A stretch of 64,000 nt of DNA from a candidate division WOR-3 bacterium (GCA_039803745.1 JBDRZD010000001.1:2146-66145); one strand, 5' to 3'; numbered from the stretch's first letter, positions 47,874-57,715 are shown. The notes: generated from the letters alone by a model not told the origin. Made by a program: numbers and translations.

Positions 47874-48766
47874 AATTACTTTTAATTCTAACAATTACAC
47901 AATCCATTCTTTTAAAAATTCAGGAAGAAATTAAAGAAACATATAAAAAGGTTTTACCAAATGTAGTAAGAGTAGAGATAGAAAATAAAATGGGAACCGG
48001 AATTATATATGATACAATAGGTACAGTTGTTACTTCTTTACCATTTCCTCTGACAAATGAATGTGATATAATAAATTTTAAAGGAGAGATTTCTTCAGGG
48101 GAACTTTTCTATTGGGACGATATAACCCATATTGCGTTTTTGAAATCAAATTTTAATGCAAAAGAAATTGAAAAGAAAAAAAATATAGAAGTCGGGGATC
48201 TGGTTCTCATAGTAAACAATAGTTTAGATTCTGAAAGTGCTCTTTTCTGGAGTATTGTCTCAAATAAAAGAAACAAAAGGATTTACTTACAGGGGAGTCC
48301 TTCAATACCATTAACTGGTTCACCAGTATTCAGTATTGATGGTAAATTTATAGGAGTTGTTAAAGGAGAAGTTGTAGAATTTGAAAGTGAGAAATTCCCT
48401 TTTATTTTTCAAAAAAATTATAATATCATTTCAGTGACTCTCTGGGAGGAAATAGAAGAGATTAAGAAAAGGATTGGAAAAGAATTTAAAATCCCTGGTT
48501 GGATTGGAATATTGATAAAGGATGAAGGAGGTAATGTAATAATAAAAAAGGTGTTGAAGGGCTCACCTGCAGAAAAAGCAGATATTAAACCGGGTGATAT
48601 GATTCTGGAAATTGAAAGAGAAGAGATAAAGAATGTAAAAGACCTTGTTGAGAAGATGAGATTTTTTTCTCCGGGAGAAAAAATTGAAATAAAATTAAAA
48701 AGAAAAAATAAAATAGAGGTTAAAAAAGTTAAACTTGATAGAATTCCCTCTTTTATGGTATATTAA
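47870..48766 (+). CDS. DegS/HtrA-like protein: trypsin-like domain (possibly degenerate) + PDZ domain
   Basis: 298 aa with a signal peptide/TM. GSPSIPLTGSPVFSIDGKFIGVV resembles the GNSGGPL..G.VIGI serine region. A C-terminal PDZ domain follows (GWIGILIKDEGGNVIIKKVLKGSPAEKADIKPGDMILEIE). The catalytic His/Asp context is atypical. Confidence 0.5.
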   Translation: MKLLLILTITQSILLKIQEEIKETYKKVLPNVVRVEIENKMGTGIIYDTIGTVVTSLPFPLTNECDIINFKGEISSGELFYWDDITHIAFLKSNFNAKEIEKKKNIEVGDLVLIVNNSLDSESALFWSIVSNKRNKRIYLQGSPSIPLTGSPVFSIDGKFIGVVKGEVVEFESEKFPFIFQKNYNIISVTLWEEIEEIKKRIGKEFKIPGWIGILIKDEGGNVIIKKVLKGSPAEKADIKPGDMILEIEREEIKNVKDLVEKMRFFSPGEKIEIKLKRKNKIEVKKVKLDRIPSFMVY

Positions 48767-49999
48767 ATGGATTTAAAGAGAATTGCCTTTAAATATGAAT
48801 CCCCAGCAATTTTTACAAAAAAGAAGGGTTATCATCATATATTTTTGAAAAAAGCCAATGGAGTATATTTCTGGGACACAGAAGGGAAAAAATATCTTGA
48901 TATGACCTCCTTTTTTGGTGTAATGAATTTTGGACATTCACCAGATTTTATTTTAAATGAAATAAAAAGGATGAAGAATACTCTTATACATGGTTTGGGA
49001 GACATTTTCAGTAATATTTACAGGGTTCTTCTTGCAGAAAAAATATGCAAGATCATCGGGAATGACTATCAGGCTATTATTTTGAATACAGGTTCAGAAG
49101 TCTGTGAAATTGCTATAAAAACTGCTTATCTTTATACAAAAAAAGAATACGTAATTTCCTTTGAGAATTCCTATCACGGATTAACCGGATTTTCTCTTTC
49201 CTTAACTGATAGGTTTCAAAAAAATTTCTTTATTCCCTTTGTTTATAAAAAAATAAAGAGATTGTCTTTTCCCGAAGATGAGGCGAAAGCAGAAAAAACT
49301 TTAGATAAGGTTAAAAGATTAATAAAAAGGTTTCCGGTTTCAAGTATTATTTTAGAACCAATACAGGCAAGAGGCGGAATAAACTTACCCCCTTTCCCCT
49401 TTATCAAAGAATTGGCAAGTATATGTAAGAGAGAAGATATAATTTTAATATTTGATGAGATCTTTACAGGACTTGGTAGAACAGGGAAAATGTTTGCTTA
49501 TGAGTGGTTTGATGTAAAACCTGATATAATCTGTATTGGCAAGGGAATTGCTTCTGGTTTTCCTCTCTCTATATGTGCTGGAAAGAAAGATATGATGAAT
49601 GCATGGAAAAATAAAGAAGAAGAGACGTTACATGCCTCAACTTTTGCAGGTCATCCCCTTTCCTCCTTTATTGCAATTAAGTTTCTGGAAAAACTTGAAA
49701 AATTTGATCTAAAAAAAGAAGTGATAGAAAAAGGAGATTACATTTTAAATTATCTTAAGGATTTAAAAGAAAAATATGGTGTACTCAAAAAAATAAAGGG
49801 TAAAGGACTTTTAATTGGAATAGAGACGAATCTTGCTAAAGAAATATGGAAAGAACTTCTTTTTAAACAAAGAATACTTACACTTTTAGAGGGAAAAGAG
49901 TTAAATACTGTTGCCCTTACCCCTCCTTTTGTTATAAATTATTCTCAGATAGATGAATTTTTTAATAAATTTGAAAAAGTTTTAAGAAAGAAATTATAA
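48767..49999 (+). CDS. Class-III PLP-dependent aminotransferase (acetylornithine/GABA-AT family)
   Basis: 410 aa: SGSEVCEIAIK, and DEIFTGLGRTGKMFAYEWFDVKPDIICIGKGIASGFPLS with the PLP-binding Lys. Confidence 0.8.
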   Translation: MDLKRIAFKYESPAIFTKKKGYHHIFLKKANGVYFWDTEGKKYLDMTSFFGVMNFGHSPDFILNEIKRMKNTLIHGLGDIFSNIYRVLLAEKICKIIGNDYQAIILNTGSEVCEIAIKTAYLYTKKEYVISFENSYHGLTGFSLSLTDRFQKNFFIPFVYKKIKRLSFPEDEAKAEKTLDKVKRLIKRFPVSSIILEPIQARGGINLPPFPFIKELASICKREDIILIFDEIFTGLGRTGKMFAYEWFDVKPDIICIGKGIASGFPLSICAGKKDMMNAWKNKEEETLHASTFAGHPLSSFIAIKFLEKLEKFDLKKEVIEKGDYILNYLKDLKEKYGVLKKIKGKGLLIGIETNLAKEIWKELLFKQRILTLLEGKELNTVALTPPFVINYSQIDEFFNKFEKVLRKKL

Positions 50000-50005
50000 T
50001 TAAAA

Positions 50006-50746
50006 TTGGAAAAGATATTTGATAAAATAGCACCATATTATGATATTTTGATGCAGAATATAGATTATAAGGGATGGGCTCAGTATTTTATAAAAATTTG
50101 TGAACTTTTTAATGTATATCCCAAAAAAATACTTGATATTGCTTGTGGAACAGGAAGCGAGATTCTTTATCTTTCGGAAATGGGTTTCAATATTACAGGA
50201 ATTGATATTTCAGAAAAAATGCTTGAAATTGCAAAGGAGAAATTAAAAGATAGAAAAAATGTTCGTTTTTTCAAAATGGATATGAGAGATTTAAATCTTC
50301 ATGAGAAATATGATGCAGTTTTTTCTTTTTTTGATAGTATGAACTACATTTTAAATATAGATGATATGGAAAAATGTTTTAAAGGGGTTTATAATGTCCT
50401 TAAAGATGGTGGCATATTTATATTTGATATGAATACTTATTATTCTTTAAAAGAGATATGGGATAATTCTACCACTATTAAGGAGACAGGAAATATTTAT
50501 TCTATATGGAAGAATGAATGGAATGAAGAAGAAAGGATTTCCACTCTTAAACTCCTTTTAAATGTTAAAGAAAAGGATAAATCTTTTTTAATAGAAGAAA
50601 TCCATAAGGAAAAGGCTTATTTCCCTGACGAGATAGAAAATCTTTTAAAAAAAGTTTTTTTTAAAAAGGTCTATTTTTTTGATTTTAAAACTTTTAGTGA
50701 AATAAATGAGACAACAATAAGAATGGTTGTTGTTGCACTGAAGTGA
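50006..50746 (+). CDS. Class I SAM-dependent methyltransferase
   Basis: 246 aa. TTG start. ILDIACGTGSEILYLSEMGFNITGIDISEKML (motif I / post-I) and DAVFSFFDSMNY (motif II). Confidence 0.75.
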   Translation: MEKIFDKIAPYYDILMQNIDYKGWAQYFIKICELFNVYPKKILDIACGTGSEILYLSEMGFNITGIDISEKMLEIAKEKLKDRKNVRFFKMDMRDLNLHEKYDAVFSFFDSMNYILNIDDMEKCFKGVYNVLKDGGIFIFDMNTYYSLKEIWDNSTTIKETGNIYSIWKNEWNEEERISTLKLLLNVKEKDKSFLIEEIHKEKAYFPDEIENLLKKVFFKKVYFFDFKTFSEINETTIRMVVVALK

Positions 50747-51987
50747 TGTATATAGCAGATTTACATATTCATTCAAAATATTCAAGGGCAACAAGTCCTG
50801 ATATGGACATTGAAAACCTTTCAAGATGGGCTAAACTTAAGGGAATAAATCTACTTGGGACAGGGGACATAACTCATCCTGAATGGCTTAAAAATTTAAG
50901 AAATTTACTTAAGCCATCTATAAATGGTATTTTTGAATATGACGGTGTTGATTTTATACTTTCAGGTGAAGTCAGTCTTGTATATTCAAAATATAATAAA
51001 ACAAGGAAAATTCATATTGTAGTATGTTTTCCTGATTTTGAATCAGTTCTTAAATTTAATCAAAAAATTTCTCCTTATGGTTCTCTCAAGCAGGATGGAC
51101 GTCCAATCCTTTCACTGGAAACAGAAAATTTTGTTGAAATTCTTCTTTCTGCATGTAGTGATGCTATGATTATCCCTGCCCATATATGGACACCATGGTT
51201 TTCCCTTTTTGGCTCCAATTCTGGATTTGATAAAATAGAGGAATGTTTTGGCAAGTATCTTGATAAGGTTACTGCTCTTGAAACCGGACTCTCATCTGAT
51301 CCAGAGATGAATTGGAGAATTAAAGAGATTGATAATTTTTCACTTGTTTCAAATTCAGACTCCCATTCACCTTTAAGAATCGGAAGAGAGGCAAATTGCT
51401 TTAAAGAGAGGATGGATTACTTTGAATTAAAAAGAGTTTTAAAAGAAAAAGATAACAAAAAATTTCTTTTCACTATAGAATTTTATCCTGAAGAAGGCAA
51501 ATATCATTATGATGGTCATAGAAAATGTGGAGTGTCAATGCATCCAGAGGAAACAATAAAAAATGGATATCTGTGCCCTGTTTGTGAGAAGCCACTTACA
51601 ATTGGTGTTTTGCATAGGGTGATTATGCTTTCAACAAGAAAAGAAGGTGAAAAACCTCCAAAATTTGTGCCCTTTAAGAATCTTGTTCCACTTGATGAAA
51701 TAATATCAGAGGCAATAGGAGTTAATAAGGAATCAAAGATTGTGAGGGATGAATATCTCAAGATGATTTCCTATTTTGGGAATGAAATGGAAGTTTTGAT
51801 GAACGCTCCAATTGAAGAAATAGAGAATAAATTTAACTTTCGTGTAGCAAAAGGCATAAAGAATGTGAGAGAAAATTTGGTGAAGAAGATCCCGGGTTAT
51901 GATGGTGTATATGGTAAGATATGTGTCCTCGGGGAAAAAGAAGAAAAGGAAGAAACTAAAGAAAAAAAACAAATGAGTTTATTTTAA
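50743..51987 (+). CDS. PHP-domain protein resembling endonuclease Q (EndoQ)
   Basis: 414 aa. The ATG at 50746 overlaps the methyltransferase stop. YIADLHIHSKYSRATSPDMDIENLSRWAKLKGINLLGTGDITHPEWL (PHP His/Asp metal motifs), IIPAHIWTPWFS, SNSDSHSP, and a Cys/His cluster HRKCG...CPVCEKP...H. Size and motif order match archaeal and Bacillus EndoQ as I recall them. Confidence 0.55.
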   Translation: MMYIADLHIHSKYSRATSPDMDIENLSRWAKLKGINLLGTGDITHPEWLKNLRNLLKPSINGIFEYDGVDFILSGEVSLVYSKYNKTRKIHIVVCFPDFESVLKFNQKISPYGSLKQDGRPILSLETENFVEILLSACSDAMIIPAHIWTPWFSLFGSNSGFDKIEECFGKYLDKVTALETGLSSDPEMNWRIKEIDNFSLVSNSDSHSPLRIGREANCFKERMDYFELKRVLKEKDNKKFLFTIEFYPEEGKYHYDGHRKCGVSMHPEETIKNGYLCPVCEKPLTIGVLHRVIMLSTRKEGEKPPKFVPFKNLVPLDEIISEAIGVNKESKIVRDEYLKMISYFGNEMEVLMNAPIEEIENKFNFRVAKGIKNVRENLVKKIPGYDGVYGKICVLGEKEEKEETKEKKQMSLF

Positions 51988-51988
51988 A

Positions 51989-53473
51989 ATGATTGAGATT
52001 GACAAAAAGGGACTTGATTTAGAAAAATATAAAAAAATAGTTTATTTAAAGGAGAAAATCAAAATTTCAAAAGAAATTGAAGAAAAAATTAATAAAAATA
52101 GGGAAAAACTCCTTTTGCTTTTAAAAAAAGGTAAATTGATCTATTCAGTTAATACAGGAGTTGGTAAATTTGCTGATAGTGTTATTCCGGAAGATAAAAG
52201 ACTTATCTTCCAGGAAAATATTTTAAGAAGCCATGCAATCGGCTGGGGAGAACCTGCTCCTCCCGAAGTTGTAAGAGGCGCAATTCTTTTGAGAATAAAC
52301 TCTCTTTCACAGGGTCTTTCTGGTGTGAGTTTGGAACTTATAGAAAAGATGGTTGAATTTTTAAATAAAGATGTGATTCCCTTTGTTCCCTTAAAAGGTT
52401 CTGTTGGAGCATCAGGAGATCTTGCCCCCTTATCTTTTATAGGATTATGCATAATTGGAGAAGGATATATACTTGAAAATAAAGAAATGATGCCTGCTTA
52501 TTTTATTTTGAAAAAGAAAAATATAGAACCTTACAAACTTAAAGAAAAAGAAGGTATAGCATTAATTAACGGAACCCAATTTTCTTTATCCCTTTTAATT
52601 CATTCTTTTTTTGAATTTGAAAATTTATTTAAACTGGCAATTATTTCTTCCCTTTTTTCCTTTGTTGCTCTTGATGGAGATACTTTACCCCTTACCCCGT
52701 TTTTAGGTAAAATAAGGAATTCACGCGAGCAGATTTATATTTCAAAAGTTTTTAAAAAGGCTTTAAAAGGATATAAAAAGATTGGATTAAGAAAAAGTGT
52801 ACAGGATCCTTATACTTTAAGATGCATACCCCAGATATTTGGTACTATTTTAGAATTCAAGAATTTCATTGAAAAATTGATAGTATCTGAAATGAATGCT
52901 GTTAGCGATAATCCGATAATAAAAGATGGGAAAATAATATTTGGTGGGAATTTTCATGGACAGAGGCTCTCTGTTTCAGCAGATGTTATGGCAATACTCA
53001 TTTCTATTCTTGGTAATTTTTCTGAAAGAAGAATATTCCAATTAATGGGTGTAGAGGATATCCTTCCAAAGTTTTTAGCAAAGGAAGAAGGTTTTTCATC
53101 AGGATATATGATCGCGCATGTTATCTCAAGTGCCCTTACTTCTTTTAATAAGACATTATCTTTTCCTAACAGTGTGGATACACTGCCAACTTCTTTAAAC
53201 CAGGAGGATTTTGTTAGCATGAGTGCAAATTCTGCTCTAAGACTTTTTGAGATGCTTGAAAATTTGAAAGGTGTATTACTTGTAGAATTTATTTCCTCTT
53301 TAAGAGCAATATATATGAGAAAAATAAAACTTCCTGAATTTCTTTCAAAAATTTATGATTTTATTTTGGAAGATTTTAAGATTATTTTAGAAGACCATTT
53401 CTTATACGAAGATATTAGAAAGATTAACGAGAAAGTCCCCTTTTTAATAAATAAGTTTGATGAGGTTTTTTAA
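51989..53473 (+). CDS. MIO-dependent aromatic/histidine ammonia-lyase family enzyme (HutH-like)
   Basis: 494 aa: GSVGASGDLAPLSF (the Ala-Ser-Gly triad that forms MIO), NTGVGKFAD, SDNPII. Confidence 0.8.
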   Translation: MIEIDKKGLDLEKYKKIVYLKEKIKISKEIEEKINKNREKLLLLLKKGKLIYSVNTGVGKFADSVIPEDKRLIFQENILRSHAIGWGEPAPPEVVRGAILLRINSLSQGLSGVSLELIEKMVEFLNKDVIPFVPLKGSVGASGDLAPLSFIGLCIIGEGYILENKEMMPAYFILKKKNIEPYKLKEKEGIALINGTQFSLSLLIHSFFEFENLFKLAIISSLFSFVALDGDTLPLTPFLGKIRNSREQIYISKVFKKALKGYKKIGLRKSVQDPYTLRCIPQIFGTILEFKNFIEKLIVSEMNAVSDNPIIKDGKIIFGGNFHGQRLSVSADVMAILISILGNFSERRIFQLMGVEDILPKFLAKEEGFSSGYMIAHVISSALTSFNKTLSFPNSVDTLPTSLNQEDFVSMSANSALRLFEMLENLKGVLLVEFISSLRAIYMRKIKLPEFLSKIYDFILEDFKIILEDHFLYEDIRKINEKVPFLINKFDEVF

Positions 53474-56400
53474 AAAGTTTTTAATTTATTTTTCAATTCT
53501 TTTTGTTTTAATGTTTTTAATCGTCCTTTCCTATTATTATGCTTATAATAAAACTAAAAAAGAGATAGTAAAATTCCTTTATAAAAGATGGGGAGATCTT
53601 GTTAAGATAGAAGATTATAAATTTAATGTATTTAATAGTTTATCTTTTAAAAAAATAGAAGTTGAAGGTGTATTTCGTGTAAAGAATCTGAAAATATTTT
53701 ATGATTTAATACCTCTTGTTATAAATAGAAGTATTGAAAGTGTCTCAGTGGATAGTTTTATATTTACTCAAAATATTTTTGAAGCAGAAAAAAAGGAAAA
53801 AGGAAAAATTAAAAGATTTTCTCTTCCACCCTTTTTAATAGAAGATTTCAGAATAAATTTTTTAGAATTTTTAAATAATAATAAATCTTATAAAATTAAA
53901 AATATAAAAGGCTTTTTAAAAGTTTCTAAAGGAGCAAATTTTATATCTATTTTAAGTTTAGAGTCCTTAGAACCCTATCCTTTTCATTTAAAGACGATTC
54001 TCCAGGGTAACATGAAGAGGCAGAATATAAAGATAATTGAACTTGAAAATGAAATTTTTAAAACAAAAGGTGAAATTTTATTTTATTATCCAACTCTTGA
54101 AATAAAATTAAAGAATACAAAGATTTATGAATTTTATTTTGATTTTTTTGAAGGAAAAGTAAAGATAGGGGATAATGACATTAATATAATTTATTTTGAA
54201 GGAAAAGAAAAAAGAGGAGATTTTTCCATTTCAGGAATGGTTAAGGATTTCAAAAATCCTCAAAAGATGTTGATTGAGATAGCGGGTTATTTAAAAGGGA
54301 AATACTTTTTTAAGAATCATCTATTTGATTTTGAAATTGTAAGTGAATTAAAGGCTACACGAAATTATTTAAAATCCGAAATATATCTTGAAAATCTTAA
54401 TTATAAAGGATTTGAAGGAATTAATGGTTTTTGTAAATTCTCTTTCTTCTTCAAAGAAAATATTCTTAAAATTGATACCTTAAATTTAAAAACAAAAGGT
54501 ATGGAACTTTCCCTTTTTGGTGAATATCCTCAAGAGGTGAAATTTAAAATAAATATAGATAAGGAAAATATATTGCCGTATATTGAAGGAACTTATGGAG
54601 AGATCTTTGGGATTTACAGGAGAGAAGATAAAAAAATAAAACTTGTTGCATATGGGGATTTAATGGAATTTAAATATAAAGATTTAAGGATTCCAAAGTT
54701 TAAATTTACTTTTGGTAAAGAAGATGTAAAAGAAGATTTTATAACTATAAATTTTGATTCTCTTTATTATAAAAATCTATTTATAGGAGGGGCAAATTTA
54801 AATATTAAAAGAGAAGATACCTTATTCTTTACTAAGATAACAGCCTATACTCCTTTTGCTGGAGACCTTGAAGAAAAAGGGGTTTTTAAAGTAAATAGAA
54901 ATTTTTATTCTTTTAAAGATTCTCTTGGTAAAATAAATATAGAATTCAGAGAAAATGTTTTAAAAGGTGTTTTAAATGAAATAGAGATCTTAAATTCCCG
55001 TATTTATTCAGATTTGTTTTTTGATTTTAAAAATGAATATTTTCAGGTTCTTTTAAATTTGAAAGGGTTAAGTTTAGAAAAAGTAAAAATAAAAGAAGAT
55101 CTGATTCTTGAAGGAAATTTTGATTTTAATTTGAATTTTAAGAGAATTAGAGATACTTTTAATTTAAATTTTAATATAAATTCTTCTAATTTAAAATTGA
55201 ATGAGACCGGAATTTCAAATTTTCTGATTTTTGGTGAAGGAGACCAAAAGAAATTAAAAGTGAATATAAAAGGAAGACTCATGGAAGGGGAGATGGAATT
55301 GGATGGATTTGTGTATAACCTGGAAAAGTTTTTAAAAAACCCTGAATATGAGGCAGAATTAATAATAAGAAAAGTTCCTGTTACCCATATTCAGAAATTT
55401 TTAAACTTCAAATTGATAAATTTCACAAAGGGAAGTATTTCTGCAAATATAAAAATTGACAGGGGGAAAAGGGTAGGCGACATAATTTTAGAAGGTGCAG
55501 TGGGTGAAATTCTTTATCCCTTTTTGTCCTTTCATAACTCTTCTTTATTTATTAATATAGAAGATAACAAAATAAATGGAAGAATGAATGGCCTATCTGG
55601 TGAAGGTAACTGGAGGGGTACTATTAAAGCAATCTTTAAACAAAATAAAATTGATAGTTGCGATATATCATTAGACTTAAAAGGGGTTCCAGTGATTTAT
55701 GATTTTATTGAGGCAAAGGGGAGTGGTAAATTTAATATATTGATTTATAAAAATGAAGTAAATTTATCATCAAATCTTAAAATTGAGGAAGCCTTCATAA
55801 TGCCCGTTTTCAGAGAAAAAGGAACTCCTTATCCCTCAAATATCTTTTTTGACCTTTTGTTTAAAAGTGATGGGAAAATTTTTATCTTTAACGAATGGAT
55901 AGATGCGGAACTTAAAGGAGATGTAAGAGTCAGTAAGACTGATTTAATTAATTATTACATAAACGGAGAGCTTGAAGTTATACAGGGAAAGATTTTTTAT
56001 CTGGGGAATGTATTTGATATAAAAGAGGGACATTTATTTTTAAAAGGGGAGAAAGAGTTTTTACCTGAAATAAATCTTAGAGCAGAGCTGCCTTATATTA
56101 TCAATAACGAAAAAGTGACAATAGTTCTTGAAATTAAAGGTAATTTAAAGGACCCTGATTTTAGAATATATTCTGAGCCAGTATCTTTTGATGAAAGCAC
56201 TTTAATAAAAGTCCTTACCCTTGGTGAAATAGGTACAAAGCCCTTTTCTGAGATCGGTATGCGAGGCATAGTAATAGGAGAAAAAATTTTTTCAACACAG
56301 GTTAAAAAAATAACAAGAATAACAGAGTTTTCTCTATTGAGCGGAACAAATCCCTCAATAATGCTTGGAACATATGTTTCTCCTGATATTTATATAAAAT

Positions 56401-56537
56401 ATCAGCATGATTTCTTATCTTTCTATAAGGATATTTTTCTGATAAAGTATTTTTTGAATCCAAGGTTTTCTATATATTCAAGAAGAGAAAGAACAGGAGA
56501 AATAACAACAGGTCTTGAACTTGAAATCCGTTTCTAA
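53457..56537 (+). CDS. TamB/AsmA-like translocation-and-assembly-module protein (DUF490-type C-terminus)
   Basis: 1026 aa. One N-terminal TM anchor, then a long beta-rich periplasm-spanning body. The C-terminus ...GTYVSPDIYIKYQHDF...TGEITTGLELEIRF matches the TamB C-terminal pattern with a terminal Phe. Confidence 0.5.
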   Translation: MMRFFKKFLIYFSILFVLMFLIVLSYYYAYNKTKKEIVKFLYKRWGDLVKIEDYKFNVFNSLSFKKIEVEGVFRVKNLKIFYDLIPLVINRSIESVSVDSFIFTQNIFEAEKKEKGKIKRFSLPPFLIEDFRINFLEFLNNNKSYKIKNIKGFLKVSKGANFISILSLESLEPYPFHLKTILQGNMKRQNIKIIELENEIFKTKGEILFYYPTLEIKLKNTKIYEFYFDFFEGKVKIGDNDINIIYFEGKEKRGDFSISGMVKDFKNPQKMLIEIAGYLKGKYFFKNHLFDFEIVSELKATRNYLKSEIYLENLNYKGFEGINGFCKFSFFFKENILKIDTLNLKTKGMELSLFGEYPQEVKFKINIDKENILPYIEGTYGEIFGIYRREDKKIKLVAYGDLMEFKYKDLRIPKFKFTFGKEDVKEDFITINFDSLYYKNLFIGGANLNIKREDTLFFTKITAYTPFAGDLEEKGVFKVNRNFYSFKDSLGKINIEFRENVLKGVLNEIEILNSRIYSDLFFDFKNEYFQVLLNLKGLSLEKVKIKEDLILEGNFDFNLNFKRIRDTFNLNFNINSSNLKLNETGISNFLIFGEGDQKKLKVNIKGRLMEGEMELDGFVYNLEKFLKNPEYEAELIIRKVPVTHIQKFLNFKLINFTKGSISANIKIDRGKRVGDIILEGAVGEILYPFLSFHNSSLFINIEDNKINGRMNGLSGEGNWRGTIKAIFKQNKIDSCDISLDLKGVPVIYDFIEAKGSGKFNILIYKNEVNLSSNLKIEEAFIMPVFREKGTPYPSNIFFDLLFKSDGKIFIFNEWIDAELKGDVRVSKTDLINYYINGELEVIQGKIFYLGNVFDIKEGHLFLKGEKEFLPEINLRAELPYIINNEKVTIVLEIKGNLKDPDFRIYSEPVSFDESTLIKVLTLGEIGTKPFSEIGMRGIVIGEKIFSTQVKKITRITEFSLLSGTNPSIMLGTYVSPDIYIKYQHDFLSFYKDIFLIKYFLNPRFSIYSRRERTGEITTGLELEIRF

Positions 56538-57715
56538 TCCTTTTTCTTAAAACTGATATCTTTTTTAAATTCTTTTAATATATTTCTTATTTCTGAAAAT
56601 TCTTCTCCCTTTTCAATGTTTTCAAGAAATTCAAAGTAAAAACATAATAAAATTCCAAAGACTAAAGAAACAAATATCCCGAGGAAAATTATAATTCCTT
56701 TTTTGGGGAATCTTTCAACAAGTTCAGGTTTTGCTCTGCTTAAAACATTTATTAGATTAATTTTTGTAGTTGCTTCAACTTTTGCCTTTTCATATTCCTG
56801 TGAGAGATAGGAAAAAACACCTTCCATTGCCTTGTATTCTGTTTCTGTTCTTAATAAAAGAGAATATACATCAGGAAGTTTTTGAATCGGCACCCCAAAA
56901 ACTCCACCAAAACCGATTGTTCTTTGCGGAAATTCAAACTCTTTTAGTTTATTTCTTATATTAGATAGTTTTTCCCTTAATTTTTGAACCTGTGGATTAT
57001 CATAAGGGTTATAACTTTGTAAAGTTTTAAGTTCAACTTCTGTTTCTATTTCCTGTTTTTTTAAATCAGAATAAACCTGATAACTTGAAGTATATTCTGT
57101 GGTGATTATAAAAATATTGTATTTCCTTTTAAGTTTAGCAAGTGAATCAGCAATTCTGATAACATTTTCCTTTGCCTCACGCATTGCTTCTTCAAGAAAT
57201 TTCATTTTCCAGTTTGTATAAGAATAATAAAATTCCTCTGTAACTTCCATGAGGGCTTCTATATAAGCATTTGCCATTTCAACAGAAAAATTCTTATCTT
57301 TTGTCGAAACCTTTATCTCAACGATTCCTTCCGCTGTTGTATTTATCTTTACATGGTCATCAAGCCAATCAAAAGCCCTTTTTAAATCTTTTATTTTTTC
57401 TCTTTCCATTAATTTTGTCTTTTCTATTACTTTACTCTTTATTTTCTCTTCTTTTAAAAAACTTGCAAAAATGTCTCCTATGCTTATGACTTCCCCAAAT
57501 CTTGAAGGTGTCGGTCTTATTCCTATATAGGAGTAAAGATCAAGATGTGTGGATGGTAAAATAAAGGAAGTTGTTGGAATAAAACTTGCAGTTGCTATAT
57601 AAGATTTTGGCAATGTAAAAGCAAGAATTATAGATAAAATAGTCAAAAATAAGACATTGAAATATAAACTTTTTCTCCACTTCGCTATTATATTTATAAA
57701 ATCAGTAAATTTCAT
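56534..57715 (-). CDS. Wzz/GumC-like polysaccharide chain-length determinant (PCP, no kinase domain)
   Basis: 393 aa with TM helices at both ends flanking a long coiled-coil periplasmic region (Wzz topology). Its stop overlaps the convergent TamB-like gene by 4 nt. Confidence 0.5.
   Translation of the reverse strand: MKFTDFINIIAKWRKSLYFNVLFLTILSIILAFTLPKSYIATASFIPTTSFILPSTHLDLYSYIGIRPTPSRFGEVISIGDIFASFLKEEKIKSKVIEKTKLMEREKIKDLKRAFDWLDDHVKINTTAEGIVEIKVSTKDKNFSVEMANAYIEALMEVTEEFYYSYTNWKMKFLEEAMREAKENVIRIADSLAKLKRKYNIFIITTEYTSSYQVYSDLKKQEIETEVELKTLQSYNPYDNPQVQKLREKLSNIRNKLKEFEFPQRTIGFGGVFGVPIQKLPDVYSLLLRTETEYKAMEGVFSYLSQEYEKAKVEATTKINLINVLSRAKPELVERFPKKGIIIFLGIFVSLVFGILLCFYFEFLENIEKGEEFSEIRNILKEFKKDISFKKKD

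Noticed and set aside
47870-48766. Calling the PDZ protein a fully active DegS/DegP protease
   Set aside because: The Ser-region motif is only partly conserved (TGSPVF rather than GNSGGPL), and I could not place the catalytic His and Asp with confidence. It is reported as DegS-like, possibly degenerate.
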